From a virus, in the IMG/VR virus record IMGVR_UViG_3300037502_002304, positions 26,012-90,011 of that record: 64,000 bases of DNA; one strand, written 5' to 3'. The position numbers and the translations under genes are program-made. The first letter of the stretch is position 1. Each line of letters starts with the position of its first letter. Below the pieces are notes generated by a model. It had not been told where the DNA came from. It searched no databases and was given only the letters and a program-made list of their open reading frames with translations. Positions 20,912 to 31,108 of the stretch are shown here, one piece after another.

Positions 20912-22741
20912 TTATCCTATTTCTGAAAGTTGTTCTTTAAAATTATTTAACAATTCAATAGTATCTTCAGCTAATTTAACTCCTGGATAAACATATAAAT
21001 CATCTATAGTATCATCTATAAAAGACACTACATTAACTATTTCTTTAGCAATTTCTTTCCTAGTCAATTCATCTTCCATACTATCTAAATAGTCATTATT
21101 ATCCTTTTCAGTAGAATAATCTGATCCTAATATAGCTTCTTTCTTTTCTTCATCGGAACTATTGAAAACCTCTTCATAATATTTTTCTGCAACATCTTCA
21201 TCTCTACTACAATCATATTCTAAAGCTTTATTAAAATCATCAAAATCTTCAGGATAATATTGTCCTTCATTTTCAGTAACAGTTCTATAATCTGCTACTG
21301 TAGCTACTGATTCTCTACCACCCCTAATAAGTTTAGAGACTTTACTAAATACAGGATATAACATTCCATTATAAACTATTCTTTCACCAATAATTGGATT
21401 CCATTCATAATATTTATTGTCTCTAAGATCTAATACAGGATGTAAAGCTATTTTAATTACTTTTTCTGCAAGAAATCTATTCTTCACTTCATCAGTATAA
21501 AACTTTTTATACTTCTTATTATATTTACGAAAACTTTTATGGTCTTTAACCATAATCCCATCTATAAAGTAATATACTTTATGATATGAAGAATTAGCTA
21601 AATCATTAGGTACAATATATCCTAAAGAATTTACGTGATAAATACCATGAACTATTTTATCTTTAATTTTATACCTACCATTTACAAATACTATTCTATT
21701 GTCTTCTAAACTAATTTTATCATCAGCAGAAGGTAAAGCTTTATTAGTAGAATTACTTTGAATTGTAGTACTCTGAGTGTTTTTACTCTTATACCTCATA
21801 TTCCAGTTAGAATATCCACCATAATTATTATACCAATAGTCATCATAGTCATAACTATGGTTATAATTAAGAAAGCCATTGCCTTGGATATTCTTTCTAG
21901 TTATATGAAAATCATCTACTAACTTACCTTCTTTAAAAGTTAATACAGTATTAGCTTCTATTTCTTCAATATTTGGCTCAGCTTCTTCTGAAATTACATA
22001 TAATGAATTTTCTACTGAAGAAAACCAAATATTATTTCTTCCTTCATAAATATATAATGGCCGCTCTTCTTCATTATCGTTAGAATATTTATTCATAGGA
22101 CTTTCACCTCTAAATAATTTCAAAGTACTGTCCCTGAAATCATACCAAGCTAATGCAGCCCCTCCTTGATATTCTTCTAAAATAGAATAATCTTTCTTTA
22201 CAAGTAACGTCCATAATAATACTTGAGAATCATTAGGGGCATGTTCAATTTTCTTACCCTTATCGTAATAAACTAATTTTTCAGGAACATTATATTTCTT
22301 CATAAGTTCCTCTTTATTATAAAGAGTACCATTATGAAGTCCCATTCCTATGATATTATCATTCTCATCCCTAATAGCAAAGGGTTGAGTATATTCAATA
22401 CCCATAGTTAATTTAGCATTTGCAGAAGTTTTTCTAGTATGACCAAATATAGTTGTCTCATTTTCAATATCAGGGTTTAATCTATAAACAACTATATCAG
22501 TATATTTTTTGATAGGGCTAGAATTAAAATGTTCATAATATTTTCCTATCATTCTTCCTGCAGCATCACCACCTCTGGGATCATTCATAATACCAAGGAT
22601 ATTAAACTTATCCCATTTAAATTTTTTATTAGTCTTACCATGAAATCCCCAGATACCACAATTAAGAGTATCATAATTAGGTTTGAAGAAATAAGTTATA
22701 ATCAAATGAACTAACAATGCTACTAAAATAATATTTACCAT
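20912..22741 (-). CDS. Class II glutamine amidotransferase (Ntn hydrolase) with N-terminal leader and acidic C-terminal extension
   Basis: CGIWG at residue 28, RGGDAAG, GHTRKTS, HNGTL, NDSQ, RPL, FSS. Confidence 0.85.
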   Translation of the reverse strand: MVNIILVALLVHLIITYFFKPNYDTLNCGIWGFHGKTNKKFKWDKFNILGIMNDPRGGDAAGRMIGKYYEHFNSSPIKKYTDIVVYRLNPDIENETTIFGHTRKTSANAKLTMGIEYTQPFAIRDENDNIIGMGLHNGTLYNKEELMKKYNVPEKLVYYDKGKKIEHAPNDSQVLLWTLLVKKDYSILEEYQGGAALAWYDFRDSTLKLFRGESPMNKYSNDNEEERPLYIYEGRNNIWFSSVENSLYVISEEAEPNIEEIEANTVLTFKEGKLVDDFHITRKNIQGNGFLNYNHSYDYDDYWYNNYGGYSNWNMRYKSKNTQSTTIQSNSTNKALPSADDKISLEDNRIVFVNGRYKIKDKIVHGIYHVNSLGYIVPNDLANSSYHKVYYFIDGIMVKDHKSFRKYNKKYKKFYTDEVKNRFLAEKVIKIALHPVLDLRDNKYYEWNPIIGERIVYNGMLYPVFSKVSKLIRGGRESVATVADYRTVTENEGQYYPEDFDDFNKALEYDCSRDEDVAEKYYEEVFNSSDEEKKEAILGSDYSTEKDNNDYLDSMEDELTRKEIAKEIVNVVSFIDDTIDDLYVYPGVKLAEDTIELLNNFKEQLSEIG

Positions 22742-22753
22742 AATTTAAAGATT

Positions 22754-23602
22754 TTAATAATTTACACTTTTTAATTTCCTATAAACATGAGTATTTCTAA
22801 GACTACCTGAAAATCCATTAGAAGGTGGTATTTGTTCTACTAAATCTATACCTAGAAAATCATAATCTTCATAAGAAGGTTTCTTAAGAGACTCTAGTTT
22901 TTCACAATTTTCAGCAGAAGAACAATATTCTACTACTTTTTGTACTTGGTTATAAATCCAGAAAGTATATGCTGGATTTCCAAAATATCCACCTAAAGTA
23001 CGGAATTCAATTCCATAAGGTGTAGGTCTAAATGCTCCATATGCACCATAATTTTCTCTACGTTGTTTAGTATATGATACTATATCTGAAGGTAAACTAA
23101 CAAAATAATCATATGCTCTTGCTAGATACAGATTCATAATCATAGGGTCTACATTATCATCTAATACATCATAACCTAGATGAATATGAGTTCCTACAGG
23201 TCTGTAAAGAGAATCTCCTAATTTAGGTGATTGCTTAGAACATTTTTCCCAAGCATCTATATAACTGCTACATCCAAATTCTTGACCATCTTTTGTATAA
23301 ATAAACCTTTTATCAAATTTAGCTATATCTACAAAATCTATATGAGCTCCAGGTTTTTTAGTTTCAAGCAAAAGATTAATCATAGTAATTAAGTAGCTCA
23401 TATTACTGTAAAATGAGTCTTCAGTACTAGATGGTGGGATATTTCCTTCTATTAAGAGATTATCTTTTAATACAGCAAAACCATTTCCTTTATCTTCTGG
23501 ATTTTGTTTAGTACCTTCAATAAACATAAAAGAAGGTAAATATTTATTTTTATATCTGATTACAAATTCAGGATCTGCACCGATAGTTTTAAATTCTAAC
23601 AT
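22754..23602 (-). CDS. phiEco32-like COOH-NH2 ligase type 2
   Basis: TIGADPEF, GTK..P, DN.L.E.NIPP, FGC, GTHIHLG, RRENYG..GAFRPTPYGIEFRTL. Confidence 0.88.
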   Translation of the reverse strand: MLEFKTIGADPEFVIRYKNKYLPSFMFIEGTKQNPEDKGNGFAVLKDNLLIEGNIPPSSTEDSFYSNMSYLITMINLLLETKKPGAHIDFVDIAKFDKRFIYTKDGQEFGCSSYIDAWEKCSKQSPKLGDSLYRPVGTHIHLGYDVLDDNVDPMIMNLYLARAYDYFVSLPSDIVSYTKQRRENYGAYGAFRPTPYGIEFRTLGGYFGNPAYTFWIYNQVQKVVEYCSSAENCEKLESLKKPSYEDYDFLGIDLVEQIPPSNGFSGSLRNTHVYRKLKSVNY

Positions 23603-23633
23603 AGTTATATATTTTAAAGGTTATTTAAAATTA

Positions 23634-23987
23634 TTAGTCAAAATTAGGTTCTTCCCAAATACCAGTTTCAACTAGTAAATCATAGTTAGGATTAAGTTCC
23701 ATGTTATATACATAAATAATAGCTTTACCATATTTAGTATCTACTATCTGTTTATCATATAACTGAGGATAACCTTCTAATCTATCTAAAGCATCCAGAC
23801 CCTCTTGGTTATCTACATCATAGACTTCGATAGATATACTACCATCTCCTGGTTTAATTCCAGGAAAGGCTCCTAAATTATACATATCAAAGCCTTTAAT
23901 TCTATCTGTACCTAGATATTTATAAGGCCTAATCAATTCGTGATTGTAGAATCCCCTTTTTAATGAACCATAAACTGCTACTAACAT
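23634..23987 (-). CDS. Gamma-glutamylcyclotransferase (AIG2-like)
   Basis: VYGSLKRG..NH, FPG, EVY, LDRLEGYP. Confidence 0.9.
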   Translation of the reverse strand: MLVAVYGSLKRGFYNHELIRPYKYLGTDRIKGFDMYNLGAFPGIKPGDGSISIEVYDVDNQEGLDALDRLEGYPQLYDKQIVDTKYGKAIIYVYNMELNPNYDLLVETGIWEEPNFD

Positions 23988-24005
23988 AATTATAAATTTT
24001 AATTA

Positions 24006-24500
24006 TTAACTATTAAAAACAATTCTTCTTGTGAAAAAATTTTCATTTAAAGGAATATCATTTAAAGTAAACTTCTTACTTTTTAAAGCTAATTTTACTA
24101 TTTGACCAAAGCTAGGACCATGTTTTAAATAATCTTTATTTAAATATACACTACTATAGTCGCCAGAATTTATAAAACTTGTTATACCACTATATCCGTA
24201 TGGATCATGTGTGATTGTTAATTTTTTAATTTCATCACAATAATATATACGAATATTAGAATTCCTTTTATCTAATAACATTCTAGCTAATTCTCCTTTG
24301 GTAATAGTTTTAAATTTAGACTTCATTAACCAATAAATATCCATAAAACTCCTACCTTTTGTAGGATAACATTGAATACGATCATTATCTACATAATAAG
24401 TAGCTTTAAAATATCTGTCTGATTCATTAGGAAAAAAACTAAATAAATATTCTTTTTTAGTTTTAATATCTTTACCTTCCTTATAATATATTTTTCTCAT
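24006..24500 (-). CDS. Hypothetical protein, paralog of 24513-25001
   Basis: Shared PNE, TYY, QCY, RSF, ELA.MLLDKR.SNIR.YYCD. Confidence 0.72.
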   Translation of the reverse strand: MRKIYYKEGKDIKTKKEYLFSFFPNESDRYFKATYYVDNDRIQCYPTKGRSFMDIYWLMKSKFKTITKGELARMLLDKRNSNIRIYYCDEIKKLTITHDPYGYSGITSFINSGDYSSVYLNKDYLKHGPSFGQIVKLALKSKKFTLNDIPLNENFFTRRIVFNS

Positions 24501-24512
24501 GATTATTAAATA

Positions 24513-25001
24513 TTAAAATACATCTGGATTCAAATTAATATCATCATAAGTAAAATCTTTATTTTGTAATGCCAATTGTAACACATCTTCAAAAGTTTCT
24601 CCATATTCATGAAAATACTCATCTAAATGCATAGAATATTCATGTCCTTCTGCATTTATAAAACTCGGAATAGCTGAATACCCATGATTAGTAGTTACCA
24701 TTAACATTTCAACATCATCACAATAATACATTCTTATATTAGAATGTCTTTTATCTAGTAAAATTTTAGCTAATTCTTTTCTAGTAGCTGTTTTAAATCT
24801 GGTTTTAAATAGCCAGAATAATTCCCTAAAACTTCTTGCTGCTTTTCGGTAGCATTGTAACCTATTTGTATCTGAATAATAAGTTTCAGGAAAAAAACCT
24901 CTATTTTCATTTGGCAGAAGTTTTAAAATAAACTCTTTTTTTGAACGAGCCTTTATATTTTTGCAATAAATCCTTTCTATTGGATAATCTTTTTCACTCA
25001 T
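24513..25001 (-). CDS. Hypothetical protein, paralog of 24006-24500
   Basis: Same shared motifs; tandem duplication. Confidence 0.72.
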   Translation of the reverse strand: MSEKDYPIERIYCKNIKARSKKEFILKLLPNENRGFFPETYYSDTNRLQCYRKAARSFRELFWLFKTRFKTATRKELAKILLDKRHSNIRMYYCDDVEMLMVTTNHGYSAIPSFINAEGHEYSMHLDEYFHEYGETFEDVLQLALQNKDFTYDDINLNPDVF

Positions 25002-26017
25002 AATCCTATTTCTTTTAATTGTTCTTTAATTAATTTTAAAGACTCCTCTTTACCGTTAAAATAATAATAATCAGAAATATCCTTTAGCATACTTCCAGTA
25101 TTAATATAAGGAATATTAAATTTTTCCTCTAATTTTTTAGAGAATTTTATACCAGCATCATCAAAATCATAGAATGTAACTATATGATTAAATCTACTTT
25201 TAAATTCTTTAATCAAAGAATCTTTAAACTCATAGTTTTCTGATTGAGGTGCAACAAAATTATAACCTAAATCATGCAAGCACATTCCATCTTTTAATGA
25301 TGAGGCTATGAATAATAATTCTCCTTTTTCTGGAAGTTGTTCGTAACCACTTAATGTATTCGGTAAAAAGCCACTAATCCATTTTAAAACTTTACTTTCT
25401 GGTTGATAAACTTTAAATCTAATTACATTGTTTTTATTCTCTACATAAGCATATGCTAAAGGATCTGCTTTAATTACATCATCATTAATAAATATATATA
25501 GTAGAGGTCTAACCCGATACTTTTTTAAAGTATCTAGGCTTACTCCATATGATTTCCAATACTCCACATCTCTCCTACGCCACTCTCTACTTTTAATATT
25601 TAAAGAAAAGTGCTTCTCTAATTTTTTATAATCAATATTTTTATGAACTTTAGGATTTTTACTAGAACTTCTAGTTCTTATAGTATCTATATAAAATTTA
25701 TCTTGTAGGTTAAAATCTACTATTATTTGTTCAAGAGCTTCTCTATAATTTAAATGAAATAAGTTCTTTACAAAATGAATAGAATCCCCTTTATCTCCTG
25801 TAGCTAAATCATGATAAAGTATCTTATTTGAATATTTTCTAGAAGTATAAACAGAAAATGAAGGGTGGTTGTCTTTTCTTAATGGTGAATGATTTACACC
25901 ATTTATAGTTACTTCAGGAAAGTAATATTTAAATATATCATAATCACTTATGAACTTATAAATATTTTCTTCACTAACTTGTAATTTAGGATTAAATCTT
26001 TCATCTCTTAAATCCAT
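24998..26017 (-). CDS. DNA primase (crAss-type; N-terminal SPLR.D..PSF domain plus TOPRIM)
   Basis: SPLRKDNHPSF, D...G..GD, SSLKDGMCL, APQSE, YDFDDAG, KDISD. Confidence 0.85.
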   Translation of the reverse strand: MDLRDERFNPKLQVSEENIYKFISDYDIFKYYFPEVTINGVNHSPLRKDNHPSFSVYTSRKYSNKILYHDLATGDKGDSIHFVKNLFHLNYREALEQIIVDFNLQDKFYIDTIRTRSSSKNPKVHKNIDYKKLEKHFSLNIKSREWRRRDVEYWKSYGVSLDTLKKYRVRPLLYIFINDDVIKADPLAYAYVENKNNVIRFKVYQPESKVLKWISGFLPNTLSGYEQLPEKGELLFIASSLKDGMCLHDLGYNFVAPQSENYEFKDSLIKEFKSRFNHIVTFYDFDDAGIKFSKKLEEKFNIPYINTGSMLKDISDYYYFNGKEESLKLIKEQLKEIGL

Positions 26018-26032
26018 AGTTATAGTAAATAA

Positions 26033-26060
26033 AAAAGGGCAGCCATTATGGCCACCCTTT
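26033..26060 (-). terminator. Rho-independent terminator after SSB-like gene
   Basis: Minus strand AAAGGGTGGCC-ataat-GGCTGCCCTTTTTT. Confidence 0.7.
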
Positions 26061-26083
26061 AATTTTAACTAACTTAACTTCTA

Positions 26084-26683
26084 TTAAAGCCATCCATCAG
26101 TCGCTGGTCCATCGGAAGTAAAACCTTCAGTATCTTCACTACCACCTGAAGCTCGCATGTTCATGCCTTCCTCAGGATCGGGCTCTGGACGTGTAGTAAG
26201 GGCTTTACTACTAAGTCGAGGCAACCCATCTTCTACATTCTTAATACCCCAAAACCCATCAATTTCTAAGAAACGACGAGGACGGGTAGTTGTACCATAA
26301 CATACTGCAACATTAACTTTAATGTTATCTTGATTATCATGGCAGCATTTAAGTACACCATCCAAAGCTTCAGTAGGTGATTTATATGCTTTAACAGCTT
26401 TATCTTCTACTCGAAATACTTTAGCCAAATGTTTCAATTCACGACCAAACATTTCTTCACGAGTACCTTCAATATCATCTAGACCTCGTTTAAAATAAGC
26501 ACGGTTAACTTCACCTCCATTTTCATCAGTTACAATTAATCTATAATCAGGTGCATTTTCAGATTCATCTGCTGATTTCTTTTCAATCCTTACAGAACAG
26601 TTCTTTACTACTCCTGCTTCTCCATTGTTGAATACTTTTACTTCTTTGTCATCGAATCTTTTTTCACTTAAATCAAATGCCAT
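26084..26683 (-). CDS. Putative single-stranded DNA-binding protein
   Basis: Between primase and AAA ATPase; acidic flexible tail ending ..DGWL; own promoter and terminator. Confidence 0.55.
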   Translation of the reverse strand: MAFDLSEKRFDDKEVKVFNNGEAGVVKNCSVRIEKKSADESENAPDYRLIVTDENGGEVNRAYFKRGLDDIEGTREEMFGRELKHLAKVFRVEDKAVKAYKSPTEALDGVLKCCHDNQDNIKVNVAVCYGTTTRPRRFLEIDGFWGIKNVEDGLPRLSSKALTTRPEPDPEEGMNMRASGGSEDTEGFTSDGPATDGWL

Positions 26684-26736
26684 AGTTGTTAGTTTTTATA
26701 AAGTTAGACAATAAATTATTTTTCTAAATAGGGTTA

Positions 26737-26744
26737 CAAAGATA
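26737..26744 (-). promoter_or_regulatory. Bacteroidota-type -7 promoter element TATCTTTG
   Basis: Matches TAnnTTTG upstream of 26683. A second match, TAATTTTG, lies at about 9628-9635 before polA. Confidence 0.55.
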
Positions 26745-26777
26745 ATAATTTTATTTATAAATACTAGTTAAAGAATA

Positions 26778-27533
26778 TTAATCATTGTTTTTAATAAAGA
26801 TCCTGTCCCAATAAGCAGTAATATTGTTATTTTCATCAGATTCTGCTATAACAATTTCTTTACCTCGAAGATGAGGCGGTCTTGCTTCTACAATAGAATC
26901 TTCACCTCCATTAAAATTAATAATAGTTTTATTTTTATCTCTATAAATATAACCAAGAGCATCAGATTCTGCTGCTACTAATCGTTCTAATTTTCCAGAC
27001 AAATCAATTGTATTTTCAAATAATTCCTTACCTTGTCTGTTAATATTCTTATCTTTAGTATGCGCTAATAGAATCAAGTGAGGTGTTAGTTTTCTAAAAG
27101 TATTAATAACTTTAAAGAAAGCTTCCCTTAGATATAAGTAACCTGCACCATTAGGAAGACTACGAACATCCTCAAAGCGATATTTACCTGTTTTTGGATC
27201 TAAACCAAAGTTCTTACCCATAGGTGTCTTTTGATATAAATTCTGAGCTAAAGGTAGAACCATTTCTTCCAAATCAGTAGCAGTATCAATAGTAATGTAT
27301 TCATAAGGACAATTTGCTTCTTTAATTGCCTTACTTACTTCCATTAACTCATTTAAATCAGAGGCTTTTATGATTAGGCCACTGACATAATCTGATCCAT
27401 CATTAATGTCAACAATTAGGTTATTGTCCAGCATGGAAGCTATAGTAGTTTTACCACTCTTAGGCTTTCCAAATAATACCAAAAATCTTGGATTAACTGT
27501 CTTAGGCTTGCTTTTCTGCGTTGGTAACTTCAT
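26778..27533 (-). CDS. AAA-family ATPase (Sak4/AAA_24-like recombination protein)
   Basis: GKPKSGKTT, ITIDT, GAGY, LLAH, ESDALGY. Confidence 0.85.
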   Translation of the reverse strand: MKLPTQKSKPKTVNPRFLVLFGKPKSGKTTIASMLDNNLIVDINDGSDYVSGLIIKASDLNELMEVSKAIKEANCPYEYITIDTATDLEEMVLPLAQNLYQKTPMGKNFGLDPKTGKYRFEDVRSLPNGAGYLYLREAFFKVINTFRKLTPHLILLAHTKDKNINRQGKELFENTIDLSGKLERLVAAESDALGYIYRDKNKTIINFNGGEDSIVEARPPHLRGKEIVIAESDENNNITAYWDRIFIKNND

Positions 27534-27601
27534 AATTAATACTATTTTATTATATTATTAAATTTATATTTATAAATCTTATTATATTTTTACTCATACG
27601 A

Positions 27602-28732
27602 CTAAGTTATAGCGTAACTTTCTTCTTTTTCTCTCATATTACTAACAAATTTATAAACTTCATTAATAGGTTCTCTTGGCAATTCTTTAAAAAAGTTTAC
27701 CGCCCCATTAAAATAAGTTTGAATAGTAGCATTAGCTTTACCATTTCTGTTAAGTATTATGCTAATTTCTCTGTGATAATCTCTTAGTCTTGTTAAGTCC
27801 CAATTTTCATACGATGTTTCTTTATATTTATAAGGTGAAAATATCCCCAACATCAAAGTAGCATCCATTGCTGTATCTTTACAGTTAGCTAGTCCCTCTC
27901 TATCAGGTCTTACTTTATCTAATATTACACTACCATTATTACTAAACTGTTGTCTAGTAGAATCACTTGACTGCTGTTGTACTAATACCGGTGAATATTT
28001 GTATCTAGTTACAAATCTAATTAGATATTCACTAGATAAATTTTTTATACATTCATAAACAGTCTTACCTCTTTCTGATAAAAGAGAAGCATGGTCAATA
28101 ATGGGTACTACTATTTGATTAGGATTATTAGGGGTATAATAGTCAAATACCTTTCTTTTTCTACCAGGATTTTCCCAATCATCTACTTCTATATAATGAG
28201 ATTCACCATGTTCTTTGGCGTAATTCTCTATTTTTACTGAAATTCCAGTAGGATGCCTAATATTATCTATAATTTCTACTTTAGACTCAAAGAATTCCAT
28301 CCATTCTTTAAATTCTTGACTGTCCAAAATAGATAATATTTGGTCGTCTACTGTATAACTTTCAAATACAGATTGTAAATGGTCAGGATTTATAAGTATA
28401 CCATATTTAGTAAATAACCTATAACAGATTGCTTGTAATATCTTAAATTCTTTAGATAATTCTAAAGAAAAATATATTACTTTATAATCTATATCTATAT
28501 CTGGATGTTCTAATAAGAAGTCCAGTGGTTGATATACAAATAAAAAATCTGTTAACTGAGTTTTACTCTCTTTAGGACCACTTGTTATAATGGTATACAT
28601 ACCTTTTCTAACTCCTGGTAAGACTTTAGACAGTCTAGGAAAGTGTTTAGACCAAGGTATTGCTATTATACCCCCTGATTCTTTAATACGCTTATTTTCC
28701 TTAATATTATCTAAGACCCTCTCATAAATCAT
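27602..28732 (-). CDS. Replicative DnaB-like helicase (crAss-type)
   Basis: Degenerate Walker A SGPKESKTQ, YFSLE, IIDH, VQQQ, ILNRNG. Confidence 0.8.
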   Translation of the reverse strand: MIYERVLDNIKENKRIKESGGIIAIPWSKHFPRLSKVLPGVRKGMYTIITSGPKESKTQLTDFLFVYQPLDFLLEHPDIDIDYKVIYFSLELSKEFKILQAICYRLFTKYGILINPDHLQSVFESYTVDDQILSILDSQEFKEWMEFFESKVEIIDNIRHPTGISVKIENYAKEHGESHYIEVDDWENPGRKRKVFDYYTPNNPNQIVVPIIDHASLLSERGKTVYECIKNLSSEYLIRFVTRYKYSPVLVQQQSSDSTRQQFSNNGSVILDKVRPDREGLANCKDTAMDATLMLGIFSPYKYKETSYENWDLTRLRDYHREISIILNRNGKANATIQTYFNGAVNFFKELPREPINEVYKFVSNMREKEESYAIT

Positions 28733-28744
28733 AAATGTTTTAAT

Positions 28745-29365
28745 TTATTTTACAATTACTCTATAATCTTCTCCTATATACCCCCCAGATAATCTAAATT
28801 TTACTTCTGAAGGCAGATATTGTTTTCTTAACTGCCTTATCATAGCTTTTATCGTTCTAGGATGAGAGACATTAGTATGAGTTGGATAATACATTGAAGT
28901 ATGTACCCATCTTCTTGTTTTCTTATTATATTCCCAATCATAAGACTCTGGACTTAACCACCATTCTTTAAATGGTGAATAGGGTTTGTTATGAAGTGGG
29001 AACTCTGTTATTTTAGGAATTTTACGAATAATGATTTTCCTGTTTTGTCTATAGTCTTCTGGAAGTTTCACAGGAAACTCTTTATTTTTAAATTCATTAT
29101 AAGTTTTCTGACTGTATACATCTTTCATCCGTTTTTGAACAAATTCAAATGGACAGTTTTGGATGAGGTAAATATCCACCCAATTAGGTGTGTTCATAAT
29201 CGGACGTTCTTGCGTAAAATCTTCCTCTCCCCACCAGTCAAACACATAGTCCCCTATACATTTCTTAAAACCATCAAAGAAGACTACAACTTGTTCACTG
29301 GCCCAGCTCTTGAATTTAATATATTCTTCATATGAATCTGTATATGTTTTGTCAATTCCTGCCAT
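28745..29365 (-). CDS. Hypothetical protein
   Basis: 206-aa packed ORF. Confidence 0.7.
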   Translation of the reverse strand: MAGIDKTYTDSYEEYIKFKSWASEQVVVFFDGFKKCIGDYVFDWWGEEDFTQERPIMNTPNWVDIYLIQNCPFEFVQKRMKDVYSQKTYNEFKNKEFPVKLPEDYRQNRKIIIRKIPKITEFPLHNKPYSPFKEWWLSPESYDWEYNKKTRRWVHTSMYYPTHTNVSHPRTIKAMIRQLRKQYLPSEVKFRLSGGYIGEDYRVIVK

Positions 29366-29370
29366 ATATA

Positions 29371-29571
29371 CTAACTATTTTTACTTTTAAACCCTCTAAA
29401 TAATATACTTATTAAGATATTTAAAGCTAAAGCCTTCCAAAAATTTATTTCTGGTAAATTAAATAGATAGGGCATTACATAATTCCATAATATCATTACT
29501 ACCCAAGTAGTAAAATATTCTATTGATATTATGATTAATATTGCTAATAAATATAATAATAAATTTTTCAT
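29371..29571 (-). CDS. Small membrane protein
   Basis: Hydrophobic; LWN.VMP.LF.LPEINFWKAL motif. Confidence 0.7.
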   Translation of the reverse strand: MKNLLLYLLAILIIISIEYFTTWVVMILWNYVMPYLFNLPEINFWKALALNILISILFRGFKSKNS

Positions 29572-29577
29572 ACACTA

Positions 29578-30261
29578 TTATTTTTTAATTTTAAGATGTT
29601 TAACATCTACTCCAGCTAATTTAGCTACTTCTTCCATAGTTAAAACTACCTCCTTCTCTTTAAGATCCTCTTTATATTCTTCTAATGCCTTTTTACATGA
29701 ATTATATGTTTTATATAACTCGGAAGTTTCACCACCTCCACTATAATATTCTGGCTTAATAAAAAATAGTTCTGTTTTCTTAATCTCAAAAGTTCTTTTA
29801 TTAAAATAATAAGCTATTTCTTCTAGATCTACAAATATCTCTCCAATAGAATTAGTAAATATAGAGTCTGTACATAATCTTAATCCAAAATATTTTTCAA
29901 AATTATTTAATTCTTCTTGAGTTAAAATCCTACCAAATCTTTCAAGATTATTTAAATCAGATAAGTAGTATTGGTCTCCAAATATCTTTAAAATTTTACG
30001 TTTATTCCCTTCATCACTTATTAAAACATCTCCTTCTTTATACTTCATAGTTGATGAATTTTTAGAGTCATTAGAAGTAGATTCCTTATATAATTCATAT
30101 CCATACTTATCTAACTCATGCTGAGTATAGGATACCCTTGATCTTTCATAATTATCTACCTCAGATAAAAGATATACTTCACCACATATACCTAAGATTT
30201 TACGTTTACTACGATGTTTACTTATTAAAATGTCTCCTACTTTATATTTCATAATTGACAA
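29578..30261 (-). CDS. Hypothetical protein with duplicated N-terminal module
   Basis: Two copies of MKYKxGDxLIS...KRKILxIxGxxYxLS; C-terminal LTMEEVAKLAGV. Confidence 0.7.
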   Translation of the reverse strand: MSIMKYKVGDILISKHRSKRKILGICGEVYLLSEVDNYERSRVSYTQHELDKYGYELYKESTSNDSKNSSTMKYKEGDVLISDEGNKRKILKIFGDQYYLSDLNNLERFGRILTQEELNNFEKYFGLRLCTDSIFTNSIGEIFVDLEEIAYYFNKRTFEIKKTELFFIKPEYYSGGGETSELYKTYNSCKKALEEYKEDLKEKEVVLTMEEVAKLAGVDVKHLKIKK

Positions 30262-30274
30262 ATTTTAAATTTAT

Positions 30275-30844
30275 TTATAATCGTTCTACATTTTCACCAG
30301 AATTTAGATCAAAATCTTGATGGGTACCTTCTTTTCTTTCTAAAATAGCATCTATATAAGGTTCCCAACCAGATTGATTAATATAAGTTTCTAGCTTCTT
30401 TAAGTAATCTAAGGCACCTCTTTTCTTATAAGAAGCCAACATAATTTTAGTTGCTTGAATAACTAAATCATGAACTTCTTTCTTAGTTACCTTTCTAAGA
30501 TATTTTTCTGATAATAACTTATAATCTCTAGTGATTTTACCTAATTGTTCTTTATTTTTAGCTCTAAGAACTCTTCCTGATGGTGTTTTATGAGGATATA
30601 ATTCAAATAATTCGTCAAAATTTATAGCATTTTTACTGAATATTTTATTAGCTTTTTCAGTAAATATTATTCTATCCTCTATCAGAATTAAATATCCTTT
30701 TTCTACTAAAGAATTTATAACTGACTCACTAGATTCAAATGGAACATCAAATTCACATGTACCACTTATTTTTAATAATGTTAGATACTCATTGATATTG
30801 AGTCCCCACTTTATCAACTGCACTAAATCAATCTCAATTATCAT
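30275..30844 (-). CDS. Putative replication initiator/helicase-loader-like protein (N-terminal wHTH)
   Basis: SLVEKGYL helix-wing, FDELFELYP.K, LETYINQ..WE; upstream of helicase. Confidence 0.5.
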   Translation of the reverse strand: MIIEIDLVQLIKWGLNINEYLTLLKISGTCEFDVPFESSESVINSLVEKGYLILIEDRIIFTEKANKIFSKNAINFDELFELYPHKTPSGRVLRAKNKEQLGKITRDYKLLSEKYLRKVTKKEVHDLVIQATKIMLASYKKRGALDYLKKLETYINQSGWEPYIDAILERKEGTHQDFDLNSGENVERL

Positions 30845-30856
30845 CTCCCCTCAAAT

Positions 30857-31105
30857 TTAATTCAACTCCACTCTTTCTAAATTAATAATACTATCATATA
30901 ATTCTTTTCTTGGATTAGCTTCATAAGCTTTCTTAAACTCATTTTTTACTGTCTCTAACATCTTAATTAACTCTTCATCTGGTAAATGTTTTATTACCTT
31001 TTTTTCAACCTGTTCTGGTGGGTTCCTACGCTTAATCCTGTCCTTTTCATCTAAATACCCACCCATGTCTTTTGCCCAACTAATATTGCTACTCATAACA
31101 TACAA
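30857..31105 (-). CDS. Hypothetical protein
   Basis: Packed ORF. Confidence 0.6.
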   Translation of the reverse strand: MYVMSSNISWAKDMGGYLDEKDRIKRRNPPEQVEKKVIKHLPDEELIKMLETVKNEFKKAYEANPRKELYDSIINLERVELN

Positions 31106-31108
31106 GAT

